Part shown: positions 19,746-29,226 of the stretch, one piece after another
Numbering within the stretch: the stretch's first letter is position 1
Layout of the letters: the number at the start of each line of letters is the position of its first letter
DNA from: Candidatus Hydrogenedentota bacterium
GTDB lineage: Bacteria > Hydrogenedentota > Hydrogenedentia > Hydrogenedentales > CAITNO01
NCBI GenBank assembly: GCA_018056705.1
Contig: JAGPFE010000007.1
Span: forward strand, 11,220 to 75,219
Reading direction: 5' to 3'
DNA length: 64,000 bases
Program-made: the position numbers and the translations under genes
Notes under the pieces: model-generated
Database searches by the model: none
The model's input: the letters and a program-made list of their open reading frames with translations, nothing else
What the model was told of the DNA's origin: nothing

Positions 19746-20180
19746 CTACTGTTTACGCTTGATGTGCACGGTTTCCACGACGTTCAGTTTGTTGTCGTAG
19801 GTGCCGATCTTGGCTTCCGGTTTGTCTCCCAGGCGGACCTGCCGCTGCATCTGGGCGACCTCGGCGTTGAGTTTTTCCAGGCAGGCCTGGCAGAGCCGCT
19901 TGCTCATGCTGATGGCCGGGGCACCGCAGCGGCCGCATTTCGGCTGATTCTCCGTGAGGTTGAGAATAGTCAGCGACCCGTCGGCCATCATCCGTTCGAC
20001 CACGCCGAGCGAAACTTCGGCCCGCTCGGCGAGTGCTTCGGCGTTCAGGTTTGGATTTTCGTCCAGGACCGCCCGGACCTTATCCTGGTCCGCTTTTTCG
20101 TCCGCCTGGCAGGCCGGGCAGACTTGGACGTTGGATTTGTTGAACATTTTCTTGCATCGCGGACAACTGGCCAGCGGCAT
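19746..20180 (-). CDS. YvyF-like flagellar-operon zinc-ribbon protein (TIGR03826-like architecture)
   Basis: MPLASCPRCKKMF...VCPACQ at the N-terminus and a second CGRCG...CQAC pair, matching B. subtilis YvyF as I recall it. ATG at 20180 preceded by GGAGG; the track start at 20195 is the alternative. Confidence 0.65.
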   Translation of the reverse strand: MPLASCPRCKKMFNKSNVQVCPACQADEKADQDKVRAVLDENPNLNAEALAERAEVSLGVVERMMADGSLTILNLTENQPKCGRCGAPAISMSKRLCQACLEKLNAEVAQMQRQVRLGDKPEAKIGTYDNKLNVVETVHIKRKQ

Positions 20181-20204
20181 GACGCGTTCCTCCATGTGTC
20201 CCGG

Positions 20205-20945
20205 TTACCGGGAAGATGCTTTCGGGTCGATTTCCAGGTTGCCGATCACGTTTCCTTTCAGGATCATTCCGTTCGCGTCCCAGTTCAGGCCCACCACGAG
20301 GGTTTTGTAGGGTTTCCCCGCGGGAGACTTTGGAGCCGCATCCGGTTGGGGATAGGTAACCCGGATCCAGTCCCGGCCTGCCGCGGGGGCTTCCAGGCCC
20401 GAAGCGCCCCCGTCATGCCCGATCCGTTCCAGTCGGCATCCAGGCACGAAAACATACTGGTCTTCAATGCCTTCCTCCCGGAGCACGGCACCTTCGGGAG
20501 AGCGATCCAGAATCTCCCGGGCAAGCCGTTCCCGTTCCCGCTGTACCGGTTCACCAGCCCCCTGGGAACGTTGAACGTGATTGAGGCGGTCTCGAACCCA
20601 TGACAGCATCGCGATGGCCGTTTCCCCGTCCCCAGCCATCAATGCTTCGGCGTATCGGAGAGCGGGGGTTTGGCCGGTCGGGTCGGAAGGGTCGGAATCC
20701 GTGGACGCGGACGAGATGAGAAGAGGCACACCGGGGGTGGTGGTTCCCGGCATCCAGAGGTCCGCCGGCGTGACCGGTGATCCCGTGCGAACGGGCAGGG
20801 ACGGTTTCGGCGTGCCCGCCTGGGGAATGGACATGGCCAGGGTCTGTATCGTGGCCACGATGCCGACGCCCACGACAATACCGCCACCCGCAGCGAACAG
20901 GAATCGTCCGGCATGCAACAGCCCGGTTTTCACACGTGGTATCAT
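20205..20945 (-). CDS. Hypothetical membrane-anchored protein
   Basis: 246-aa ORF with TM segment FLFAAGGGIVVGVGIVATIQTLAM followed by a Pro/Thr-rich linker. 24 nt upstream of the YvyF-like gene start at 20180 (9 nt if the track start at 20195 is used). No recognisable motif. Confidence 0.55.
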   Translation of the reverse strand: MIPRVKTGLLHAGRFLFAAGGGIVVGVGIVATIQTLAMSIPQAGTPKPSLPVRTGSPVTPADLWMPGTTTPGVPLLISSASTDSDPSDPTGQTPALRYAEALMAGDGETAIAMLSWVRDRLNHVQRSQGAGEPVQRERERLAREILDRSPEGAVLREEGIEDQYVFVPGCRLERIGHDGGASGLEAPAAGRDWIRVTYPQPDAAPKSPAGKPYKTLVVGLNWDANGMILKGNVIGNLEIDPKASSR

Positions 20946-21081
20946 TTTTTATCCAGCCATGCGTGGATTGCGGTCTTTTCGGATTAAATTGTAGCATTTT
21001 TTCATTAAATTTTCAAGGTTTTTATGGAAAAATTAAAGGGCCAGAAGAAAGGATGGTTCGGTTCAGGAAAGGTCGGTGGTT

Positions 21082-21089
21082 GCCGATAA
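21082..21089 (+). promoter_or_regulatory. Candidate sigma-28 (FliA/SigD) -10 element upstream of flgK
   Basis: Exact GCCGATAA 78 nt upstream of the flgK ATG. The expected TAAA -35 at a 15-nt spacing reads TCAG, a match at only 2 of 4 positions. Confidence 0.35.
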
Positions 21090-21166
21090 GATTTTCAGCA
21101 GCGGCATAAAACGTGCTTTTTGGGTACAAGTACCAAATTGACATCCTGAAACCGGAAAGAATTGCC

Positions 21167-22876
21167 ATGGGAACGCTTTTCAGTGCCCTGCATATCGGCA
21201 GAAATGGGCTGATGGTGGCCCAGGCCCAGTTGGACACGGCGGGCCATAACATTGCCAATATCAATACCGAGGGTTATTCCCGTCAGCGGGTGGACGTAAC
21301 CACCTGGCAGCCGAATTACACGTATTATGGAGAACTGGGACGCGGTCCGAAAATCGCCGGGGTGGAACGGGTACGGGAGGAGTTTCTGGACAAGGTTTAC
21401 CGGACCCAGATGGCCAGCTTGGGCCAGGTCAATGTGCAGGACCAGTTCTACGCCCGGCTCGAGGATATCTTTCAGGAACCCGGCAACCAGAGTTTCGGGG
21501 TGAGACTGAGCGCCTTCTTCGAGGCCCTTTCCGAATTTTCCAGCAATGTCGAGGACCCATCCGTCCGCGAATCGTTGCTGTCTGAAACGCGGGCCGTCTC
21601 CAACGCCCTCAACGAAACCGCCAGGCGTATCGAAGTGGTCCGGTCGAACGCCAACGAAGAAATCCGCAACATGGTTCCGGAAATCAACGCCCTGGCCCAG
21701 CGGATTGCCGAGACGAACGTTTCCATCCGACGGATTGAGGCGAACGGTGCCCGGGCGAATGACCTGCGGGACGAGAGGGACCGGTTGCTGGACCGGCTTT
21801 CCCGGCTGGTCCGGGTGACCTACCGTGAACGCGACACGGGGGAAGTCGAAGTGCTTCTGGGCGATGAGCAACTGGTGAACGGGGACCGGTGGCGAGCCCT
21901 GACCACCGTTGCGGATGACACGATTGATCCGGACCGGCCCGACCTGCTGCGGGTGCGCTGGGCTGACACCGGCCAGAACGCCCAGATCGTGGGGGGAGAA
22001 CTCCGCGGCCTGTTGCTGATGAGAGATTACGTGGCCGCCGAGTACCGGGACCGGACCGACGAAATCGCGCGGGCCCTGATTGAAGCGGTGAACCAGGTAC
22101 ACAGCCAGGGCCGGGGATTGGCGCCGCTTTCCGGAACGGTGACTGGTGGCGTCCGCCGGGTAGATCCCTCGCTTCCCCTGGATGATCCGGCCAACCAGGT
22201 ACCCTTTACGGTGAACAACGGATCGTTCACGGTGAACGTGTTCAACGCCGCGGGAAACCTGGCGGAAACGCTCACGATTCCCGTGACCGCGGGGACAACC
22301 TCCGCGCTGGACGTGGCCGCGGCCATCAACGGCATGACGAACCTGTCGGCCACGGTGGACGCGGATGGCCGGCTGGTGGTGACCGCGGCGGCAGGGTTCG
22401 GGTTCTCTTTCGCGAACGACACGTCTGGCGCCCTGGTGTCCCTTGGGATGAATGGCCTGTTTGAAGGCACGGACGCCGCGACCATTGGCCTTTCCGCTCA
22501 TCTCGCCCAGCGGCTGGAATGGATTTCATCGGGTTACGGCACGGATTTTCGATTGACGGGGGACAACCGGGCCGCCCTGGCCATGCAGTCGTTGCGGTCG
22601 ACGACCATCGCGGACGCGGGCCGCCAGACGCTCGAGGGGTATTACCAGGCGACCGTGGCCCGGCTGGGTATCCAGGCCAGGGACAACGCGGCATCCCTCC
22701 AGGTGGAACAAGGATTCGCCCAGGATTTTGATCGCCGTCGCGAGGAGGTTTCCGGGGTCAACATGGACGAAGAGGTGACGAACCTGATCGCGTACGAGCG
22801 GGCGTTTCAGGGTTCCGCCCGGATTATTTCAGTGGCCGATCGCCTGCTCGAGGTCCTGGTAAATCTCGGAGCGTGA
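21167..22876 (+). CDS. flgK: Flagellar hook-associated protein 1, FlgK
   Basis: MGTLFSALHIGRNGLMVAQAQLDTAGHNIANINTEGYSRQRV N-terminus and C-terminal SGVNMDEEVTNLIAYERAFQGSARII. Confidence 0.9.
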   Translation: MGTLFSALHIGRNGLMVAQAQLDTAGHNIANINTEGYSRQRVDVTTWQPNYTYYGELGRGPKIAGVERVREEFLDKVYRTQMASLGQVNVQDQFYARLEDIFQEPGNQSFGVRLSAFFEALSEFSSNVEDPSVRESLLSETRAVSNALNETARRIEVVRSNANEEIRNMVPEINALAQRIAETNVSIRRIEANGARANDLRDERDRLLDRLSRLVRVTYRERDTGEVEVLLGDEQLVNGDRWRALTTVADDTIDPDRPDLLRVRWADTGQNAQIVGGELRGLLLMRDYVAAEYRDRTDEIARALIEAVNQVHSQGRGLAPLSGTVTGGVRRVDPSLPLDDPANQVPFTVNNGSFTVNVFNAAGNLAETLTIPVTAGTTSALDVAAAINGMTNLSATVDADGRLVVTAAAGFGFSFANDTSGALVSLGMNGLFEGTDAATIGLSAHLAQRLEWISSGYGTDFRLTGDNRAALAMQSLRSTTIADAGRQTLEGYYQATVARLGIQARDNAASLQVEQGFAQDFDRRREEVSGVNMDEEVTNLIAYERAFQGSARIISVADRLLEVLVNLGA

Positions 22877-22893
22877 CGCCGTCAACACGTCAC

Positions 22894-24111
22894 TCAGGAT
22901 GTTCCTGCTTCACAACGGGCAAGGAATTCTCGCAGTTTTTCGGCCCGTAACCGGGCAAGTTCCAGCCGGGAAAGGAGCGTTTGACCGGCACGAGGCGCGA
23001 GGTGCGCGGCTTGAATCTCGATGAGCGCGCGATTGGCCATCGCGGGGGTGAGGCCCGGCGCGCGCAGGATGCCCAGGGCCGCTCCTAGGCGAATGCGGGA
23101 AAGCCAGTCCAGCGCTTCGCCGAAGCCAGCCAGGTGGGTTCCCCGTGCCAGGGCGACGGCGCGTCCGACCCAGTCCTGCAACCAGAGGCTGTTGCTCTTG
23201 AGCAGGGTAAGCCGGGTTTCCTCCTCCTGGGTGCGCCATTCCTGGACCGCGCGCTGGACCCGGTAGGCGATTTCCTCTTCGGACAGGCCCAGGGAGTGCT
23301 GGCTGATCACGGCATACAGGGCGCCAACGGACTGGTCCAGGGGCGCCGGGATGATCCCTTCCACTTCGGTCAGCAGGCACTGACCGGAGATGGATTCCAC
23401 GGGAATGTAAGGTATGGCCATGAGTTGCTGGGGATCACCCTGGGCAGTGGCGGGCAGGGCAAGGTCCAGGCCACTGCCCGTAGCGGCACCGCATAGCACG
23501 ACTTCCCGGTTCCGCGCCGCCGCGGCCTCGGCGTGGGGCATGCCGATGAGAGACAGGGCGGGCAGGTGCAGGATCGCGCAGACTTTGAGCCCCGTTCCGG
23601 TGCAGGTCAACCGGGTGGTGAGAAAGCCTTGCGTGTCATCGTAGGCGAAGTCGAGGGCGCTACCCAGGGTTTCTTCGATCGCGAGGACCTGCCGCAGCGC
23701 GCGTCCGGGATCGTTGCCCGGGGCCAGCGCCCGGATGGTAACGTGATCCAGCGCGTTGACCATGACAGCCCGGGTGCCCCCGCGATCGGTGAAGATCGCC
23801 CGTGGACCATGTCCATGCAGCAGTTCGCGGGCGGCCAGGTGACGTTCCGCCAGCAGGGCTCCCACCGGCGATTCGAGTTCCTTTTCCGTGAAGCCCAGGG
23901 TATCCCCCAGGGGAGCGAGCAATTGCACCGCGTCTTCCACCCGGCGGGTTACCTCCAGGCGTTCTTCCTGGCGGGCGGCCGGGGGAAAAGGCAGGTCGGG
24001 CAGGTTGCGGAAAAGGGTGCAAGCCGTCGAGATTTCAATCCAGTTGGCCGGCTCTGTTTCCGTGCCGCACCAGTCGGGAAGGGCTGCCGGCAACAGGTCT
24101 GTCACGTTCAT
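22894..24111 (-). CDS. mcsB: McsB-like ATP:guanido phosphotransferase (protein arginine kinase family), divergent
   Basis: TCTGTGLKVCAILHLPAL matches the phosphagen-kinase GTG..HLP.L block. The NEEDH block reads NALDH. Start overlaps the mcsA-like stop. Confidence 0.75.
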   Translation of the reverse strand: MNVTDLLPAALPDWCGTETEPANWIEISTACTLFRNLPDLPFPPAARQEERLEVTRRVEDAVQLLAPLGDTLGFTEKELESPVGALLAERHLAARELLHGHGPRAIFTDRGGTRAVMVNALDHVTIRALAPGNDPGRALRQVLAIEETLGSALDFAYDDTQGFLTTRLTCTGTGLKVCAILHLPALSLIGMPHAEAAAARNREVVLCGAATGSGLDLALPATAQGDPQQLMAIPYIPVESISGQCLLTEVEGIIPAPLDQSVGALYAVISQHSLGLSEEEIAYRVQRAVQEWRTQEEETRLTLLKSNSLWLQDWVGRAVALARGTHLAGFGEALDWLSRIRLGAALGILRAPGLTPAMANRALIEIQAAHLAPRAGQTLLSRLELARLRAEKLREFLARCEAGTS

Positions 24112-24635
24112 GGCATCTCTTCTCCGCCGCCGGTTCGCAGTCCCGCTTCGAGTCGCCGGATTTCATCGCGCAGGACCGCGGCCTGTTCGTAGTCTTCCAT
24201 CTTCAGCACGCTGCGCAGGAGGGCCCGCTTGTTCCGCAGCTCGGTGCGCAGTCGGGCGCGCGCGTCATCGCGGGCCCGCCCCCGTCCCTGGTGCCGGGTA
24301 TCAGGCTGAAGGCGGTTCAGCATCTCCTCCACCGTGTCATGGAAGTGCCGGTAACATTCCGCGCATCCAACCGTTTTTTTCTCCATAATCACCGACAGCG
24401 CGGTATTGCAGGCCGGGCAGGTCTGTCGCGCGCGACGCTGGGGCGGGCGCGTTTCCATGCGCGCGCCGGGTTCGCGCAGGCGAGGCTTCACCTCGTTCAG
24501 CGTGAAGGCTTCCGGTCCCCCCTGAAGATACTTCGCCAGGCAGTCCACGCAGACATGCTGTTCGACCGCCCGCCCTTCCACCACCTCGATGTACCGGGCC
24601 GTCGCCGGTTTCTGATGGCATTTCTGACAAAGCAT
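24108..24635 (-). CDS. mcsA: McsA-like activator: paired zinc-finger motifs plus a UVR domain
   Basis: MLCQKCHQK...CVDCL, CPACN...CAECY, and C-terminal LKMEDYEQAAVLRDEIRRLE (UvrB/C motif). Confidence 0.8.
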   Translation of the reverse strand: MLCQKCHQKPATARYIEVVEGRAVEQHVCVDCLAKYLQGGPEAFTLNEVKPRLREPGARMETRPPQRRARQTCPACNTALSVIMEKKTVGCAECYRHFHDTVEEMLNRLQPDTRHQGRGRARDDARARLRTELRNKRALLRSVLKMEDYEQAAVLRDEIRRLEAGLRTGGGEEMP

Positions 24636-24827
24636 AACGATTCATCCTCGTTCCTAAACGTAAGTATATCCCGTGATGATTACCCGCGACTACCACGAGG
24701 GTTGCCGGGTTATCCGCGTTCCGCGTACAATAAGTATCCAGCCGGTCTCTGCCGGAGCGCGCGGCCGGGTTTATGGGGAAAATCGTGGCTCAGGGGATGG
24801 TATTCCGATTCCAGTGAGGATAGTAGC

Positions 24828-26120
24828 ATGGCACCCAAAAACGTCATTGTCGCCCAGTCCGGTGGTCCCAGTCCCGTGATTAACAGTTCCCTGAGGGGCG
24901 TTGTCGAAACCTGCCGGATGTTTCCAGACACTTTCGGCACGGTGTACGCCGGGTGGCATGGTATCGAAGGGGTACTGAAGGAGGAACTGCTCGACCTGTC
25001 CGCCCAGGACGAGGAAGAGATTGCCCTGTTGCGGTACACGCCTGCCGCCGGGGCCATCGGGACCTGCCGTTATAAACTCAAGGAACACCAGCAGGAAGAT
25101 TTCCAGCGGATCATCGACGTGTTCCGGGCCCATAATATCGGCTATTTCTTCTACAACGGCGGTAACGACTCGATGGATACCGCCAACAAGGTGGCGAGAC
25201 TGGCGACAGAGCAGGGACTGGACCTGGTGGCCGTCGGCGTGCCAAAGACCATCGACAACGACGTGGGCGATTCGGAATTCAAACTGATCGACCACACCCC
25301 GGGTTACGGCAGCGTGGCCCGGTACTGGATGGGGCTGATCCAGAACGCCAACGAAGAAAACGCGGGATCCTGCCCCGCGGACCCCGTGCTCGTGATTCAG
25401 GCCATGGGCCGGAAGATCGGCTACATTCCGGCGGCCGCCCGGCTCGCGGACCCGAAACGGGAGATGCCCCTGCAGATCTACATGGTGGAATCAAAGGTGA
25501 CGGCGGAGCAGATGTGCGACCTCGTGAACGACCAGTTGAAGCGGGACGGCCGGTGCATCGTGGTGGTGAGCGAGGGTTTCGACGTGGGAGACCTGGGCGA
25601 CGCCCGGGACAGTTTTGGCCACACCACGTATGGCTCCACCAAGTTGACCGCGGCCCAGAAGGTGGTAAACCTGCTCAACGACCGGGGACTACCGGTGTCG
25701 GGCAAGGCCCGGGGCCAGGTTCCGGGAACCGATCAGCGCAGCACCTGCCTGTACGCGTCGGTGGTGGATCTCGACGAGGCGTACCGGGTTGGTCAGCAGG
25801 CGGTGGTGATCGCGAAGTCCGGAGAAAACGGCTGGATGGCGACCATTCTCCGGGAACCCGGCGTGATTTACAACGTTCGCTATGACAAGGCTCCCCTTGA
25901 ACTGGTGGCCAATTCCGAGAGAACCTTTCCGGAAGCGTGGATCGCGCCCAACCGGATCGACGTGACCGATGAGTTCATCCGCTATGCCCGCCCGTTGATC
26001 GGAGAAGACTGGGCCAGTGTTCCGGTGGTGAACGGACGCCAGCGGTTCGCACGGTTCAGGCCGGTATTCGCCGAGCAAAAACTCGACCGGTACATTCCCC
26101 AGGCCACGCGTAAAGGATAA
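24828..26120 (+). CDS. pfp: 6-phosphofructokinase, probably pyrophosphate-dependent
   Basis: Real part of track ORF 24291..26120, starting MAPKNVIVAQSGGPSPVIN. NGGNDSMDTA and VPKTIDNDV: the Asp and Lys at the two positions that are Gly in ATP-dependent PFKs (GGDGS, PGTIDND). Confidence 0.85.
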   Translation: MAPKNVIVAQSGGPSPVINSSLRGVVETCRMFPDTFGTVYAGWHGIEGVLKEELLDLSAQDEEEIALLRYTPAAGAIGTCRYKLKEHQQEDFQRIIDVFRAHNIGYFFYNGGNDSMDTANKVARLATEQGLDLVAVGVPKTIDNDVGDSEFKLIDHTPGYGSVARYWMGLIQNANEENAGSCPADPVLVIQAMGRKIGYIPAAARLADPKREMPLQIYMVESKVTAEQMCDLVNDQLKRDGRCIVVVSEGFDVGDLGDARDSFGHTTYGSTKLTAAQKVVNLLNDRGLPVSGKARGQVPGTDQRSTCLYASVVDLDEAYRVGQQAVVIAKSGENGWMATILREPGVIYNVRYDKAPLELVANSERTFPEAWIAPNRIDVTDEFIRYARPLIGEDWASVPVVNGRQRFARFRPVFAEQKLDRYIPQATRKG

Positions 26121-26149
26121 GCGATCCGGGATGGGATTCGTGGACGGTC

Positions 26150-26479
26150 TTATTTGTCGTCCGACTCGGGGAAAAGATCCTGGGCGTCGCGCGTGAGTTG
26201 CTTCAGCATCGACTGCAGGCGCTGTAGCCGCCGCCCGATTTCCGCTTCATCCGATTCCTTTTCGCGGCGCAGGGCGTCGAGTTCGCAGGCGAAGGCGTAG
26301 GCGGTCAACAGGGCGAAATGCAGGGTATTGACCACGTCCGCGCGCGCGGAGATCTCTTCGAATTTTTCCGTAACTTCCCGCGCGATACGGGCGGATGTTT
26401 CCGGATCCTGGTACACGGGCACCTCAAGGGTGACGTTACCCAGCCGCGCGCGCGTTGTGGGATCCACGGGCCGGATCAT
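26150..26479 (-). CDS. zapA: Probable cell division protein ZapA
   Basis: 109 aa. Helical C-terminal half VNTLHFALLTAYAFACELDALRRE. It lies downstream of pheT, as in Bacillus. Sequence support is modest. Confidence 0.55.
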   Translation of the reverse strand: MIRPVDPTTRARLGNVTLEVPVYQDPETSARIAREVTEKFEEISARADVVNTLHFALLTAYAFACELDALRREKESDEAEIGRRLQRLQSMLKQLTRDAQDLFPESDDK

Positions 26480-26775
26480 GTCAGTTCCGCTTTCCGGGAG
26501 AGATCGCGCGCCAGGGTAAGAATCTTCTGGACGCGTTCCCGGGCCTCCGCGACCTGTCGCTTGAGGTGTTCGTTTTCGGCCAGCACGCCCTGTAACCTCC
26601 GGTAGGTTTCCTCGTAGATGCCCGCCCGCCGCTCGGCATCCCAGAATTGTTTCAGGATCAACTTGCGGTTGGCTTCTTCCGCGACCTGTTTACGCGCGGC
26701 CTCGTCGAGGGCATCGCGCAACTGGGCGGCCAGTTGCTCCACCGCGTCGAACTGCTGTTCCAGAAGTGGATTCAC
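26476..26775 (-). CDS. Hypothetical coiled-coil protein between pheT and zapA
   Basis: 99 aa, heptad-rich and charged (AEEANRKLILKQF...ENEHLKRQVAEARERVQKIL). Its stop overlaps the zapA start. Confidence 0.5.
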   Translation of the reverse strand: MNPLLEQQFDAVEQLAAQLRDALDEAARKQVAEEANRKLILKQFWDAERRAGIYEETYRRLQGVLAENEHLKRQVAEARERVQKILTLARDLSRKAELT

Positions 26776-26806
26776 GAGGTATGCCCCGCCACCGGGTTTC
26801 GGAAAA

Positions 26807-29224
26807 TTACCGTAGCACGGCCTGGAATTTTCGTTCCAGGTGCCTGACGATTCGATCGAAGGCCTGCTGGGTGTCGGCGTCGGTCAGCGTGCGTTCAGGG
26901 GACTGGAACACGAGGCTGATGGCCACGCTTTTCTTGTCGGGCGGAACCTGCCTGCCCGTGTACACGTCGAACACGCGGGCATCCCGGAGCAGCGCGCCGC
27001 CTTTTTCCCGTACCGCGTCGAGCAAGTCTCCGGCAGGCGTGGTCCGGTCCACGAGCACGGCGAGATCCCGCGGACTGGGCGGAAACGCCGGCAGTTCCCG
27101 GAACTGGGCGGGACGCGACGGGGCGTCAAACAGCGCGCGCAGGTCTATCTCTGCCACGTAACAACCAAATGGCAGATCAAAGGCTTTGCCCACCCGGCTG
27201 GAGACCGCGCCGAGGTATCCGACGACCTGGTCGTTCAGCAGCACTTCCGCCGCCTGGCCCGACGTGAACAGCGGCCACGGGGTTTCCATGGGCCTGAACC
27301 GGGGCTCATGGCCTAACCAGCCTGCCAGCGTTTCCACGATGCCCTTCAGGTCGTACAGGTCATACGGGCGGGCGGGCGAGGCCCAATGCGGGGACGTGTT
27401 CCCCCCCAGGAGGATTCCCAGCGTGGGGGGTTCATCGGGCAGGGAGTCCGGCGTGACCGCGCCGTTTTCCGGTACCCGGAACACGGGTCCGAGTTCAAAC
27501 ACGGCTAGCCCCGTGGTTCCCCGGCGGGCGTTTCGTTCGGCTATGGACAGCAGGCCGGGTACCAGTGAGGTCCGCATGGCCGCGTGATTTTCCGTCAGTG
27601 GATTGCTGAGCGTCACCATGCGGGCGTAATCCGTGGGCAGGCCGGAGCGCTCCACCAGGGCTGGAGCACTGAAGGTCCACGAGAATACTTCGGTCAGGCC
27701 GCGGTCGGCCAGGAATCGGCGGACCCGCTCCTGCGGTTCGTCGTACGGCGCGAAGTTCATGGCGTTCGCGCGCACCGGGGGCAGGGTTTCAGGCAGCCGG
27801 TCATAACCGTAGAACCGGGCGAGTTCCTCGAGGAGGTCCGTTTCCATCGATACGTCGTGGATACGCCAGGAAGGTACCCGGAATGTGGTAGAGGTATCAT
27901 CGCCGGATTCGGGCTCGAACCCCAGGCGACGCAACGTTTCCCTCTGGGTTTCGGGTGGGATGTCCACGCCCAGGAAGGACATGGCCCGGTGATGGCGCAA
28001 GGGGACGGAGACCGTTTGCGGCGGACAGGGTGCGGCATCCCACAGTCCCGCGGCCAGGATGCCTCCCGCCAACTGCAGCACAAGGTCTGCCGCGCGGTTT
28101 ATCGCGTATTCGGCCATGTTCCAGTCCGCCCCCCGCTGGAAATGCTGGGCCGCTTCAGTGACGAGGCCGAGCGTCCGGGCCGTTCGTCGGATCAGCGACG
28201 GTTGGAAGACCGCGCTTTCCAGGAGGACGCGCGTGGTGGCGCCGGTCACCTCGCTGTCGGCCCCCCCCATCACGCCCGCGACGGCCTGGGGGTTTTCCGC
28301 GTCGGCGATTACCAGCATGTCCGGGGTGAGGGCGCGCTGTTCGCCGTCCAGGGTGGTAATCCGTTCACCCGCGCGGGCCCTGCGGACCACGATACGGTTT
28401 TCGGCCAGCCGATCGTAGTCAAAAGCATGCAGCGGGTGTCCCGTTTCCATGAGCACGTAATTGGTCACGTCCACCACGTTGTTGATGGGCCGCATCCCGG
28501 CGGCGGTCAGTCGGCGGGCCATCCACTCGGGCGACGGTCCCACCTTTACGCCTTCAATGACCCGGGCGATGTAGCGGGGACAGCCTTCGGGATCCTCGAT
28601 GGTGACCGAGGTGAGTTCCCGAACCGGTTTCGGGCCCTCGGCGGGTGCTGCCGGTGGCAGGCGCAATTCCCGACCGAACCACGCGGCCAGTTCCCGGGCC
28701 ACGCCGATCATGGAAGCCCAGTCGCCCCGGTTCGGCGTAACCTCAATTTCGAGGATCGCGTCGTCCAGTCCGAGGTACGTTCGGATGTCCTGGCCGATGG
28801 GCGCGTCTTCCGGCAGGATCAGCAGGCCCATGTGGTCTTCACCCATGCCGAGTTCCCTGGCGGAACACATCATGCCGAAGGATTCCACGCCACGCATTTT
28901 GCGTCGGCCGATTTCGAATCCGCCGGGCAGGGTCGCGCCGACCAGGGCAGTGGGTACCTTGTCTCCGGGTTTCATGTTGGTCGCGCCGCAGACGATCTGC
29001 AGCGGTTCTCCCTGGCCAACGTCCGTGCGGCAGACGGAGAGTTTGTCCGCATCGGGATGTCGTTCCACCGAGAGCACCTGTCCTACCACGACTTTGTCGA
29101 TACCCTCACCGGGGCGGGTGACTTTCTCGATTTCCAGTCCGAGCAGGGTGAGCCGTTCGCACAACGCTTCCACCGTTTCCGGCAGGTCCACGTAGTCCCG
29201 TAACCAGTTCAGTGAGATCAGCAT
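26807..29224 (-). CDS. pheT: Phenylalanine--tRNA ligase beta subunit
   Basis: MLISLNWLRDYVDL start, tRNA-binding domain VVGQVLSVERHPDADKLSVC, B3/4 and B5 regions, 805 aa. Confidence 0.95.
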   Translation of the reverse strand: MLISLNWLRDYVDLPETVEALCERLTLLGLEIEKVTRPGEGIDKVVVGQVLSVERHPDADKLSVCRTDVGQGEPLQIVCGATNMKPGDKVPTALVGATLPGGFEIGRRKMRGVESFGMMCSARELGMGEDHMGLLILPEDAPIGQDIRTYLGLDDAILEIEVTPNRGDWASMIGVARELAAWFGRELRLPPAAPAEGPKPVRELTSVTIEDPEGCPRYIARVIEGVKVGPSPEWMARRLTAAGMRPINNVVDVTNYVLMETGHPLHAFDYDRLAENRIVVRRARAGERITTLDGEQRALTPDMLVIADAENPQAVAGVMGGADSEVTGATTRVLLESAVFQPSLIRRTARTLGLVTEAAQHFQRGADWNMAEYAINRAADLVLQLAGGILAAGLWDAAPCPPQTVSVPLRHHRAMSFLGVDIPPETQRETLRRLGFEPESGDDTSTTFRVPSWRIHDVSMETDLLEELARFYGYDRLPETLPPVRANAMNFAPYDEPQERVRRFLADRGLTEVFSWTFSAPALVERSGLPTDYARMVTLSNPLTENHAAMRTSLVPGLLSIAERNARRGTTGLAVFELGPVFRVPENGAVTPDSLPDEPPTLGILLGGNTSPHWASPARPYDLYDLKGIVETLAGWLGHEPRFRPMETPWPLFTSGQAAEVLLNDQVVGYLGAVSSRVGKAFDLPFGCYVAEIDLRALFDAPSRPAQFRELPAFPPSPRDLAVLVDRTTPAGDLLDAVREKGGALLRDARVFDVYTGRQVPPDKKSVAISLVFQSPERTLTDADTQQAFDRIVRHLERKFQAVLR

Positions 29225-29226
29225 GG

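Noticed and set aside
22873-22893. Short hairpin GTGACG/CGTCAC between the convergent flgK and mcsB stops, as a possible terminator.
   Set aside because: It has only a 6-bp stem that includes the stop codon, and no U-tract on either strand.
24636-24827. CtsR operator or heat-shock palindrome upstream of the mcsA-like gene.
   Set aside because: No GGTCAAA-N3-GGTCAAA-type direct repeat and no CIRCE-like inverted repeat is visible in the 192-nt gap.
27584-29203. 539-aa plus-strand ORF opposite pheT. Others of the same kind: 21095..22501 opposite flgK, 38256..39467 opposite cysS, 14157..15107 opposite tsaD, and 29212..30147 opposite pheS.
   Set aside because: Each overlaps a confidently identified housekeeping gene on the other strand and has low-complexity R/G/P/H-rich composition with no recognisable domain.
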